64,000 bases of DNA. Origin: Escherichia coli. Lineage in GTDB: Bacteria; Pseudomonadota; Gammaproteobacteria; Enterobacterales; Enterobacteriaceae. The DNA is taken from assembly GCF_003991155.1 (NCBI RefSeq), contig NZ_CP031293.1. One strand, 5' to 3'. The notes beneath the pieces are model-generated. The model had not been told where the DNA came from. It saw nothing but the letters and a program-made list of their open reading frames with translations, and did not search any database. The position numbers and the translations under genes were made by a program. This document shows, piece after piece, positions 10,093 to 20,555 of this stretch. Position 1 is the first letter of the stretch. Each line of letters starts with the position of its first letter.

Positions 10093-11928
10093 TTATTTTC
10101 CTTGATTAATTAAGACAGGAATAACCTGAGTAAAATCTTCCAGTGCCTGGTGTAAATCCCAATGCTGTTCTTTATTACCGCTGGAGCACAAAATCACTTT
10201 CAGCGATTTTAATAAGCGTAATGCCGCTGCGGGCTGTTGCTGGTGTTGTAATGCCGTCACCAGTTGCATGATGCAAGGGTTATTAAGGTTGATGTATAAA
10301 CTTGAGGTTTTCGTTTTTTGGATTTGTGAAGTAAATTGCCGCGCCAGCATTAACGCTGCGGTGCTGATGCGTTTATCTGCGTCATCCTGTTCGAGAATTT
10401 GTTTTAATTCTGCTTCGCGGTCTGGCGTAACCACTAACGGTAAAACGGCGGGTTCGAAGCGGGAGATAATTAATTGCTCGCCATCGCAGAGATGCTCTTC
10501 CAGATAAGCTACCTGCTCTTCGGGTAATTCCGCCAGGCTGAACAACTGCTCATTACCTGTTTGCGTACCGACTTCGACAATCCGGCAGTGATATAACAGC
10601 GCCCAGCGACGTAAAAATGGCACGACGGCATAGCGATCGCCACGGGCAACGGGCCGTTGCAGAATGTGGAACAACATCTCTTCAAAACCGCCGTCGCGGC
10701 TTAACAGAATATGAATGCTGTTATTAACGCGTAAATCCTTCGCCAGCAACGCCCCTTTTGACGTTGGCACCTGCAAGCGATCTTTGAGCAAATCAAACAG
10801 ACGGTCATCACATAATGCCGCACCGAGCAACGCTTCGTTGTGGCGCATTAATACACGCCGCCAGATTTCTGGCTGATTTTGTGCGAGATCGGACAAACCA
10901 GAAATCAGCGCCTCTTTTAACGCCTCCTGCACCGCAACCCAGGTTTCGTCCCGCTGGAGATCTTCCCGGCTCGCCGTAGGCGTTAGTTTCGATGACTCAA
11001 TCACGCCGCCAATAAATCCGGCCCAGGGAGGTAACAACTCACGCGCTTCATCATCCAGTAACATACCGCGCAAAAACAGCGACAGGTTGCGGTTATCGCT
11101 GGTGCCGTAGGTTGCGCCATCCTGAATCCATAAAATCCCAACCGCGTCGCTCATCCCCACGGGCACCACCGGAATGGTGCAAATCGGTTCGAAGGAGGAT
11201 TCAAACTGGGCGGCAAAGGCGAGATTTTTACGCTGTACCAGCGCGCGGTGCATGGTTACGCCTTCGGGGGCAACTTCACGCCACGGTGGTTGAAGTTTAT
11301 TTACCGGCTCGCTGGCATCGCCGACATAGACCGGTTCGTGCAGCAATATACAGTAGCGGGAAAGAACGCGGTTCAGCAAATTGTTACTCGCCAGATGGCT
11401 GTACTCTTCTTTGAGCGTCAGAATCACCTGCGTACCCGTTTCCGAGGACTGATGCGGCGTAACGGTATATTTTTGCCCGTCGGTAGAGTGGTATTTCCAG
11501 CTCTGATCCGGCGTTTGCCAGGATGTGGTCAACACCGTGACCTCTTTCGCCAACACAAAGGCCGACAAAAAACCGAGGCCGAACATACCAATTAAACCGG
11601 TGTTGTCATCCTGCTGGCGCAACATTCGGGTATAACCCACGCCTACTGTCGCCAGGAAGCCGTGAATTTCACTTTCTGTCAGTCCAGCGCCAGTATCGCT
11701 AATAGTGATAGTGGACTTCGCCACGTCTGCCACCACACGAATCGCGTTATCCTTTGGCGCATCGGGCTGCTCAATCCTGCGGCGAACGATCGCATCATGG
11801 CCGTTCTGCACCAGCTCGCGCACGGCAACCACGGGAGTGGAGTAAAGATGCTTACTGAGCACCTCAATTAAGCCGTTTAAATTAACTTCTGTAGAATATG
11901 AACTACCAGGTAACTGTAATGTACTCAT
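10093..11928 (-). CDS. HtpG/Hsp90-paralog GHKL (Bergerat-fold) ATPase, 611 aa
   Basis: N-terminal motifs read directly: ELVQNGHDA (N-box, 11791..11817), ISDTGAGL (G1 box), LIGMFGLGFLSAF (G2 box), colinear with the HtpG N-domain (ELISNASDA / ISDNGVGM / LIGQFGVGFYSAF). Confidence 0.8.
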   Translation of the reverse strand: MSTLQLPGSSYSTEVNLNGLIEVLSKHLYSTPVVAVRELVQNGHDAIVRRRIEQPDAPKDNAIRVVADVAKSTITISDTGAGLTESEIHGFLATVGVGYTRMLRQQDDNTGLIGMFGLGFLSAFVLAKEVTVLTTSWQTPDQSWKYHSTDGQKYTVTPHQSSETGTQVILTLKEEYSHLASNNLLNRVLSRYCILLHEPVYVGDASEPVNKLQPPWREVAPEGVTMHRALVQRKNLAFAAQFESSFEPICTIPVVPVGMSDAVGILWIQDGATYGTSDNRNLSLFLRGMLLDDEARELLPPWAGFIGGVIESSKLTPTASREDLQRDETWVAVQEALKEALISGLSDLAQNQPEIWRRVLMRHNEALLGAALCDDRLFDLLKDRLQVPTSKGALLAKDLRVNNSIHILLSRDGGFEEMLFHILQRPVARGDRYAVVPFLRRWALLYHCRIVEVGTQTGNEQLFSLAELPEEQVAYLEEHLCDGEQLIISRFEPAVLPLVVTPDREAELKQILEQDDADKRISTAALMLARQFTSQIQKTKTSSLYINLNNPCIMQLVTALQHQQQPAAALRLLKSLKVILCSSGNKEQHWDLHQALEDFTQVIPVLINQGK

Positions 11929-12237
11929 TTTTCAATACTCATAATCCATCACCTACTATTGAAAATACATCGCTGTTTTTACAACCGGTGCAAGGTTTGT
12001 TATTTCATTCACTCATCGGAAACATTTATTTATTGACGCGATGATTAAAACAAAATGTCTTATATAAATAATGATTAATTCTTAAAGGATTAATGCGACT
12101 GGAGTATATCGATATAACCCGGAGTTAACGAGATAATTTCTTGTGGTGAAATTATTATTTGAATGCTGAATAATATATTGAGGATTATTTAATAGAAAAA
12201 TAAAACCGCAATCCAGAATCAGAATTGCGGTATTTCT

Positions 12238-13074
12238 TTAATTATGAATCAATCGCTGCGGATGAGTATAAACCGTTGCCCGACCCGGTTTACAAAAACC
12301 TACCAGTGTCAGATTACAGCGTTCAGCCACTTCTACAGCAAGTGTGGTCGCGGCAGATACCGCAAACAAAATCTCTACGCCACACATCGCTGACTTTTGC
12401 ACCATTTCATAACTGGCACGGCTGGAAACCAGCACCGCACCTTGCTGCCAGCTTTCCCCTTCTTGTGACCGGCGGCCTAACAGTTTGTCCAGCGCCACAT
12501 GGCGACCCACGTCTTCATGCCCGCCGACCAGTTCGCCAGATGGCAACATCCATGCAGCGGCGTGAGTACAACCAGTCAGTTGCCCCACTGGCTGGAAATC
12601 ATTGAGATGACGTAATGCATCATCCAGTTTGTTGAGATCAAACGTCTGGGTGAATGGCAGCGGCTGCACCGGTTTACCGATGTCATTAAGTTGCTCCACG
12701 CCGCATACGCCACAGCCCGTACGCCCCGCCAGCGCCCGGCGACGTTCCTTCAACCCCATAAAGCGGCGGCTGGAAAGCTCAATTTGAACTTCAAGACCAT
12801 TACAGGAAGGAACGACATCCATGCCAAAGATATCGCGCGGACTTTCGATTATCCCCTCGGAAAGCGAAAAACCGAGCGCAAAGTACTCAAGGTCTTTGGG
12901 CGACGCCATCATCACCACATGCGAAATGCCGTTGTAGACCAGCGCAACGGGAACCTCTTCCGCCACCTCATCTAACCGTGGGTGTTGTAAATCATCACGC
13001 CGCCATAACTCAATTTGACGAACACCTGTGATATTTGTCACATTTTCGATTTCTTTTTGCTGTGTTTTTTTCAC
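12238..13074 (-). CDS. fdhD: Formate dehydrogenase sulfurtransferase/accessory protein
   Basis: 278-aa ORF divergent from fdoG; conserved GCGVCG cysteine motif; position as in the fdo locus. Confidence 0.9.
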   Translation of the reverse strand: MKKTQQKEIENVTNITGVRQIELWRRDDLQHPRLDEVAEEVPVALVYNGISHVVMMASPKDLEYFALGFSLSEGIIESPRDIFGMDVVPSCNGLEVQIELSSRRFMGLKERRRALAGRTGCGVCGVEQLNDIGKPVQPLPFTQTFDLNKLDDALRHLNDFQPVGQLTGCTHAAAWMLPSGELVGGHEDVGRHVALDKLLGRRSQEGESWQQGAVLVSSRASYEMVQKSAMCGVEILFAVSAATTLAVEVAERCNLTLVGFCKPGRATVYTHPQRLIHN

Positions 13075-13267
13075 TTTCTCTTAACCAGATAAGAACACAC
13101 ACACCAACATTATGGTATTCTGTTACAAACCCTTCCTGGATGGAGGGAAATTGAGCCAATTCTGGACCTTTGCGGCCCCTTCCGCAAAGAAAAATAACTC
13201 CCACTCCCTGCACACGCAGCAAGCGAATGTAAATGGGACGTGACAATGTCGAAACAAGGAGCAATCC

Positions 13268-16200
13268 ATGCAGGTCAGCAGAAGGCAGTTCTTTAAGATC
13301 TGCGCTGGCGGTATGGCAGGCACCACGGCAGCGGCACTGGGTTTTGCACCCAGCGTAGCACTCGCGGAAACCCGGCAGTATAAACTGCTGCGCACCCGCG
13401 AAACCCGTAATACCTGCACCTATTGTTCCGTAGGCTGTGGGCTGTTGATGTACAGCCTCGGTGACGGAGCAAAAAACGCCAAAGCATCTATCTTCCATAT
13501 CGAAGGCGATCCGGATCACCCGGTCAACCGCGGTGCACTTTGTCCGAAAGGCGCTGGCCTGGTGGATTTCATCCACTCCGAAAGCCGCCTGAAGTTTCCG
13601 GAATACCGTGCGCCAGGTTCTGATAAATGGCAACAAATCAGTTGGGAAGAGGCGTTTGATCGCATCGCCAAACTGATGAAAGAAGACCGCGATGCGAACT
13701 ACATTGCGCAAAACGCCGAAGGCGTGACTGTTAACCGCTGGCTCTCCACCGGGATGCTGTGTGCTTCCGCGTCGAGTAACGAAACCGGCTATTTAACGCA
13801 AAAATTCTCCCGCGCGCTGGGGATGCTCGCGGTCGACAACCAGGCGCGTGTCTGACACGGACCAACGGTAGCAAGTCTTGCTCCAACATTTGGTCGCGGT
13901 GCGATGACCAACCACTGGGTCGACATCAAGAACGCCAACCTCGTCGTGGTGATGGGCGGTAACGCCGCTGAAGCTCACCCGGTCGGGTTCCGCTGGGCGA
14001 TGGAAGCCAAAATTCACAACGGCGCGAAGCTGATTGTGATCGATCCTCGCTTTACACGTACGGCGGCGGTGGCTGACTACTATGCCCCTATTCGTTCCGG
14101 TACTGACATTGCTTTCCTGTCAGGCGTATTGCTGTACCTGCTGAACAATGAAAAATTCAACCGCGAATACACCGAAGCCTATACCAACGCCAGCCTGATC
14201 GTGCGTGAGGATTACGGCTTTGAAGATGGCCTGTTCACCGGCTACGACGCGGAAAAACGCAAGTACGATAAATCCAGCTGGACCTACGAGCTGGACGAAA
14301 ACGGCTTCGCCAAACGCGATACCACGCTGCAACATCCGCGCTGCGTGTGGAACTTGCTGAAACAGCACGTTTCCCGTTATACGCCAGATGTGGTTGAAAA
14401 CATCTGCGGTACGCCAAAAGACGCGTTCCTGAAAGTCTGCGAATACATCGCCGAAACCAGTGCTCACGATAAAACTGCCTCGTTCCTTTACGCGCTCGGC
14501 TGGACGCAACACTCCATTGGTGCGCAAAACATTCGTACGATGGCGATGATCCAGCTGCTGCTCGGCAACATGGGGATGGCAGGCGGCGGCGTTAACGCCC
14601 TGCGCGGTCACTCCAATATTCAGGGGCTGACCGACCTGGGGCTACTGTCGCAGAGTCTGCCAGGTTACATGACGTTGCCAAGCGAGAAGCAGACCGATCT
14701 GCAAACTTACCTCGCTGCCAACACGCCAAAACCACTGCTGGAAGGCCAGGTCAACTACTGGGGCAACTACCCGAAATTCTTCGTCTCTATGATGAAGGCC
14801 TTCTTTGGTGATAAAGCGACGGCGGAAAATAGCTGGGGCTTTGACTGGTTGCCGAAGTGGGATAAAGGCTACGACGTCCTGCAATACTTCGAGATGATGA
14901 AAGAGGGCAAGGTCAATGGCTATATCTGCCAGGGCTTTAACCCTGTTGCCTCATTCCCGAACAAAAACAAAGTGATCGGCTGTCTGTCGAAGCTGAAATT
15001 CCTCGTGACTATCGACCCGCTGAACACTGAAACCTCTAACTTCTGGCAGAACCACGGTGAGCTGAACGAAGTTGACTCGTCGAAGATCCAGACCGAAGTG
15101 TTCCGTCTGCCATCGACCTGCTTTGCGGAAGAGAACGGTTCAATCGTCAACTCTGGTCGCTGGTTGCAGTGGCACTGGAAAGGTGCGGACGCCCCGGGGA
15201 TTGCGCTGACTGACGGCGAGATCCTCTCCGGTATCTTCCTGCGCTTGCGCAAGATGTATGCCGAACAGGGTGGCGCGAACCCGGACCAGGTGCTGAACAT
15301 GACCTGGAACTACGCCATTCCGCATGAGCCATCTTCAGAAGAAGTGGCGATGGAGAGCAACGGCAAAGCGCTGGCCGATATTACCGACCCGGCAACCGGT
15401 GCGGTTATCGTCAAGAAAGGCCAACAACTTAGCTCGTTCGCCCAACTGCGCGATGACGGTACAACCTCCTGTGGCTGCTGGATTTTCGCCGGTAGCTGGA
15501 CGCCGGAAGGCAACCAGATGGCGCGTCGTGATAACGCCGATCCGTCTGGCCTCGGTAACACGCTGGGCTGGGCATGGGCATGGCCGCTTAACCGCCGCAT
15601 TCTGTATAACCGCGCCTCCGCAGATCCGCAGGGTAACCCATGGGATCCGAAGCGTCAGTTGCTGAAATGGGACGGCACTAAGTGGACCGGCTGGGATATT
15701 CCGGATTACAGCGCAGCGCCTCCGGGCAGCGGCGTAGGGCCGTTTATCATGCAGCAGGAAGGCATGGGACGTCTGTTTGCCCTCGATAAGATGGCGGAAG
15801 GTCCGTTCCCGGAACACTACGAGCCGTTTGAAACGCCGCTGGGAACTAACCCGCTGCATCCAAACGTTATCTCGAACCCGGCTGCGCGAATCTTTAAAGA
15901 CGACGCCGAAGCATTGGGTAAAGCCGATAAGTTCCCGTATGTCGGAACCACCTATCGTCTGACCGAGCACTTCCACTACTGGACCAAACACGCGCTGTTG
16001 AACGCGATTTTGCAACCAGAGCAGTTTGTGGAAATCGGGGAGTCGCTGGCGAATAAACTTGGCATTGCCCAGGGCGATACTGTGAAAGTCTCCTCCAACC
16101 GTGGCTATATCAAAGCCAAAGCGGTAGTGACCAAACGTATTCGCACGCTGAAAGCAAACGGCAAAGATATCGATACCATCGGTATTCCGATTCACTGGGG

Positions 16201-16318
16201 CTATGAAGGTGTTGCGAAAAAAGGCTTTATTGCCAATACGTTGACGCCATTCGTCGGTGATGCGAACACGCAGACGCCGGAGTTTAAGTCCTTCCTTGTG
16301 AATGTGGAAAAGGTGTAA
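13268..16318 (+). CDS. fdoG: Formate dehydrogenase-O major subunit (selenoprotein; in-frame UGA = Sec at 13853..13855)
   Basis: Track ORFs 13268..13855 and 13904..16318 are in the same frame, separated only by TGA. Twin-arginine signal MQVSRRQFFK. Total 1016 codons, as expected for FdoG. Confidence 0.92.
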
Positions 16319-16330
16319 CGGAGACGACAT

Positions 16331-17233
16331 ATGGCTTATCAATCGCAAGATATCATTCGTCGTTCCGCGACTAACGGTCTGACCCCCGCGCCTCAGGCGC
16401 GGGACTTCCAGGAAGAAGTGGCGAAACTCATCGACGTCACCACCTGTATCGGCTGTAAAGCCTGTCAGGTGGCGTGTTCAGAGTGGAACGACATTCGCGA
16501 TACCGTCGGCAATAACATTGGGGTGTACGACAACCCCAATGATTTAAGTGCCAAATCGTGGACGGTGATGCGATTCTCGGAAGTGGAGCAGAACGACAAA
16601 CTGGAATGGCTGATCCGCAAAGACGGCTGTATGCACTGTTCCGATCCAGGCTGCCTGAAAGCGTGCCCGGCGGAAGGGGCAATTATTCAGTATGCCAACG
16701 GTATCGTCGACTTCCAGTCCGAGCAGTGCATCGGCTGCGGTTATTGCATTGCGGGCTGTCCGTTCGACATTCCGCGCCTCAACCCGGAAGACAACCGCGT
16801 CTACAAATGTACGTTGTGCGTTGACCGCGTGGTGGTTGGGCAAGAACCGGCCTGCGTGAAGACCTGCCCAACGGGCGCGATTCACTTCGGTACGAAAGAG
16901 TCGATGAAAACGCTGGCGAGCGAGCGCGTGGCGGAGCTGAAAACCCGTGGTTACGACAATGCGGGTTTGTACGACCCGGCAGGCGTCGGTGGTACACATG
17001 TTATGTACGTGCTGCACCATGCTGACAAGCCAAATCTGTATCATGGCTTGCCGGAGAACCCGGAAATCAGCGAAACCGTGAAATTCTGGAAAGGCATCTG
17101 GAAACCGCTCGCAGCTGTTGGCTTTGCGGCTACCTTCGCAGCCAGTATCTTCCACTACGTGGGTGTCGGTCCGAACCGTGCGGATGAGGAAGAGAATAAT
17201 CTGCACGAAGAGAAAGACGAGGAGCGCAAATGA
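16331..17233 (+). CDS. fdoH: Formate dehydrogenase-O iron-sulfur subunit
   Basis: 300 aa with multiple CxxCxxCxxxCP ferredoxin motifs and a C-terminal TM segment. Confidence 0.92.
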
Positions 17234-17865
17234 AACGACGTGACACCATCGTGCGCTACACCGCGCCGGAACGTATCAACCACTGGATCACCGCCTTCTG
17301 CTTCATCCTGGCGGCGGTGAGCGGGCTGGGCTTTTTGTTCCCGTCCTTCAACTGGTTGATGCAAATCATGGGCACACCGCAGCTGGCGCGCATTCTGCAC
17401 CCGTTTGTCGGCGTGGTTATGTTTGCCTCGTTCATCATCATGTTTTTCCGTTACTGGCATCACAACCTAATCAATCGGGATGATATCTTTTGGGCGAAGA
17501 ATATTCGTAAGATCGTCGTCAACGAGGAAGTAGGTGACACCGGGCGTTATAACTTCGGTCAGAAATGCGTTTTCTGGGCGGCGATTATTTTCCTGGTTCT
17601 GCTGCTGGTGAGCGGCGTGATTATCTGGCGTCCTTATTTTGCGCCTGCTTTCTCAATCCCGGTGATCCGATTCGCGTTAATGCTGCATTCATTTGCCGCA
17701 GTGGCGTTAATTGTGGTTATCATGGTGCATATCTACGCCGCCCTTTGGGTAAAAGGCACGATTACCGCCATGGTGGAAGGATGGGTGACCAGCGCCTGGG
17801 CGAAGAAACATCACCCGCGCTGGTACCGTGAGGTCCGCAAGACAACGGAAAAGAAAGCTGAATGA
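17230..17865 (+). CDS. fdoI: Formate dehydrogenase-O cytochrome b556 subunit
   Basis: 211 aa, four TM helices, start overlaps the fdoH stop. Confidence 0.92.
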
Positions 17866-18791
17866 GTATTCGCATAATCCCGCAAGATGAGCTGGGTTCG
17901 AGCGAGAAACGTACGGCGGATATGATTCCGCCGTTATTGTTCCCTCGGCTCAAGAATTTATACAACCGCCGCGCCGAGCGTCTGCGCGAGCTGGCAGAAA
18001 ATAATCCGCTGGGTGATTACCTGCGCTTTGCTGCGCTTATCGCCCACGCCCAGGAAGTGGTGCTGTACGACCATCCGCTGGAGATGGATCTGACCACGCG
18101 CATTAAAGAAGCCAGCGCACAAGGCAAGCCCCCGCTGGATATTCACGTTCTGCCGCGTGATAAGCACTGGCAAAAGCTGCTGATGGCGCTGATTGCTGAG
18201 CTGAAACCTGAAATGAGCGGCCCGGCGCTGGCAGTGATTGAGAATCTGGAGAAGGCATCGACTCAGGAGCTGGAAGATATGGCCAGCGCACTGTTTGCCT
18301 CTGATTTCTCGTCCGTCAGCAGCGATAAAGCGCCGTTTATCTGGGCTGCGCTGTCGCTCTACTGGGCGCAGATGGCTAATCTGATCCCCGGCAAAGCCCG
18401 CGCTGAATACGGCGAACAACGTCAATATTGCCCGGTATGTGGCTCTATGCCGGTGTCCAGCATGGTGCAAATTGGCACCACTCAGGGGCTGCGTTACCTG
18501 CACTGCAACCTGTGTGAAACCGAATGGCACGTAGTGCGCGTAAAATGCAGCAACTGTGAACAGAGCGGCAAACTGCATTACTGGTCGCTGGATGACGAAC
18601 AGGCCGCGATTAAAGCCGAAAGCTGCGATGACTGCGGCACTTACCTGAAGATTCTTTATCAGGAAAAAGAACCGAAAGTTGAAGCCGTGGCAGATGACCT
18701 CGCCTCTCTGGTACTGGACGCGCGAATGGAGCAAGAAGGCTATGCCCGTAGTTCCATCAACCCGTTCCTGTTCCCGGGTGAAGGGGAGTAA
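17862..18791 (+). CDS. fdhE: Formate dehydrogenase formation protein
   Basis: 309 aa with CxxC pairs ([28 protein letters not shown]); overlaps the fdoI stop. Confidence 0.92.
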   Translation: MSIRIIPQDELGSSEKRTADMIPPLLFPRLKNLYNRRAERLRELAENNPLGDYLRFAALIAHAQEVVLYDHPLEMDLTTRIKEASAQGKPPLDIHVLPRDKHWQKLLMALIAELKPEMSGPALAVIENLEKASTQELEDMASALFASDFSSVSSDKAPFIWAALSLYWAQMANLIPGKARAEYGEQRQYCPVCGSMPVSSMVQIGTTQGLRYLHCNLCETEWHVVRVKCSNCEQSGKLHYWSLDDEQAAIKAESCDDCGTYLKILYQEKEPKVEAVADDLASLVLDARMEQEGYARSSINPFLFPGEGE

Positions 18792-18827
18792 TCTCTGACG
18801 TTTTCCGGGTGGCGCAGGTCGCCCGGA

Positions 18828-19208
18828 TTACAGCTCATAGGGTGTGACGACACCTGCTATTCCCGCAAAATCTCTCGTATTTCGCGTTACCAGTTCAAAG
18901 CCATAAATCTGTGCTGTTGCCAGAATAATGGCATCTGGAAGTTTCATTCTATACTCCTGCCTTAAAGCAACGCTTCGTTCCGCGATATCCTGCGAAATCC
19001 CAATAACGTTAAACGCACTCATTGCAATCCGTGTGCGATGTTCTTGATCATATTTTTTTGCGCCAACCAGCACCTCCATCCATGTGACCAGACTAATCGC
19101 ATTCTGTAGGGGCCATGCCTCCAGAGCCTGTTTTGCCTCAATTCGTCCGCTGAACAAATCGATAAGGATATTGGTATCAAAAAGCGCAGTTCTTTTTGCC
19201 ATTACCAT
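18828..19208 (-). CDS. vapC: PIN-domain ribonuclease toxin, VapC-like
   Basis: 126 aa; N-terminal DTNILID acidic motif typical of PIN/VapC; start overlaps the stop of the upstream RHH gene (ATGGTAA). Confidence 0.75.
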   Translation of the reverse strand: MVMAKRTALFDTNILIDLFSGRIEAKQALEAWPLQNAISLVTWMEVLVGAKKYDQEHRTRIAMSAFNVIGISQDIAERSVALRQEYRMKLPDAIILATAQIYGFELVTRNTRDFAGIAGVVTPYEL

Positions 19209-19444
19209 TCCTCACGCAGCTTACGCTGATATTCGACACCATCTTCCTCACACCCTTGCCAGATACCAAAAGCACTGGATATTGTCGTTTTCGATTGATT
19301 TTCCAGATATTGATCTACAGCTTCTCGTAATAGCTCTGCGCGAGGAAGATTGCGCTGCACTTTGAGATCATCAAGTCGCTTAATCACCTCATCGGATAAA
19401 TCGAGTAAAATTCTGCCCATATCCATACCTGCCATAGCGCTCAT
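19202..19444 (-). CDS. Ribbon-helix-helix (CopG-like) antitoxin, VapB-like; YiiF-like
   Basis: Start chosen at the ATG preceded by GGAGG ([24 protein letters not shown]...); track ORF extends to 19498. N-terminal beta-strand and helices typical of RHH; stop overlaps vapC start. Confidence 0.65.
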   Translation of the reverse strand: MSAMAGMDMGRILLDLSDEVIKRLDDLKVQRNLPRAELLREAVDQYLENQSKTTISSAFGIWQGCEEDGVEYQRKLREEW

Positions 19445-19663
19445 ATATACCTCCAGTATATCATTTTTGAATGCATGGTGAGCAAAATACTCTTGCAAAA
19501 CCTTTAAAGAAAGCGCATTTACGCATCATTTTTTATTTTTGCGAGGCGTTTTCCAGATATGATGTAACAGTTGCAGTTATTATAAGTTCAAGTAAAACAA
19601 CCTTGTATTAATACCAGAATAAGGGCATCTGGTTTTTTATATTCAAGAATAAAAAATTTTTTG

Positions 19664-19882
19664 TCATTCCTTATGCTCCTTACACTGATCATCGACACCC
19701 ACTGTCTCCCCCTTTTGCCTGCCTCCCTTTGCTTTACGCACCGGGAATTGCTGACGTTCCAGATATTGCTCTACCGCTTCGCGTAAAATTGCAGATCGTG
19801 AAACCTTACGCCAGCCCCTAAGCTTGTTCAGCCGTTTAATTGCCTCTTCTGATAAATGAAGAAAAACCGTATTCATCGCCAT
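19664..19882 (-). CDS. yiiE: Ribbon-helix-helix (CopG-like) DNA-binding protein, 72 aa
   Basis: MAMNTVFLHLSEEAIKRLNKLRGW...; track ORF starts at TTG 19888, the ATG at 19882 gives the 72-aa length recalled for K-12 yiiE. Confidence 0.75.
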   Translation of the reverse strand: MAMNTVFLHLSEEAIKRLNKLRGWRKVSRSAILREAVEQYLERQQFPVRKAKGGRQKGETVGVDDQCKEHKE

Positions 19883-20310
19883 TACCAATACCTTATATAT
19901 GACTCATTAATGTATGTGCGAAAATTACGCCGAAAAATCATTTAAAAAAAGCGGATTTTTGCATGCTGTTTTGTTTTTGCGAGACGTTTTCCAGAAATAA
20001 TAAGAACGTTGCAGTTGTTTCATTTGTTAATCAAAAATGGTTTAGTTATCGCCCAGGATGAGATATGGGTGCTATAAATATATTATATTCAGGGATATTT
20101 ATTTTTTGATTGGGTCTTCATTTGCATAATCTGAATGGTGTACCCGAAAAATGTCAGCATCCTAACAGCACCAGGATTTAAGGTGAAATTAATCATCCAT
20201 CACAGACCGGTCTTTACTTGCTCGTCGTTATAATTTTGTTGGTAACAGTTTGGGAAACAAGGAATTCCTTCCGGAACACCCCCGGTATCATCCGATAGCA
20301 TTGACGTCAA

Positions 20311-20336
20311 TCATCGGCGCGACGATGAGTTTTTTT
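20311..20336 (+). terminator. Candidate intrinsic terminator (hairpin plus T-run) on the plus strand in the AT-rich intergenic region
   Basis: tcatcg-gcgcga-cgatga stem-loop followed by gttttttt; no annotated plus-strand gene upstream. Confidence 0.3.
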
Positions 20337-20555
20337 AATCGCATCATAGGGTGGCAACGGTCAGCACGATACGGGTCATAGCAAAACTCCTGCACAGGCG
20401 GCCACTATGCCGCTTTCACAGGAGTTCTGAATGCTAGTGCTTTCTGTATGGCATCGCCATGCCCCTCGCGGCTAAGCGCCTGCACACATCTCTCTTTGAA
20501 TGTCATTTTTGCAATGCATTGTCCGAATTCTGATAATCCTAATGAGTTTTACCCG

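Noticed and set aside
15335-16348. 337-aa minus-strand ORF (and similar ones at 14120..14611 and 16544..17206)
   Set aside because: Antisense shadows inside fdoG and fdoH.
19900-20555. Looked for a small acidic T3SS chaperone gene next to the IpgD/SopB-like gene
   Set aside because: No ORF of plausible size (about 100-150 aa) on either strand; absence noted rather than a feature called.
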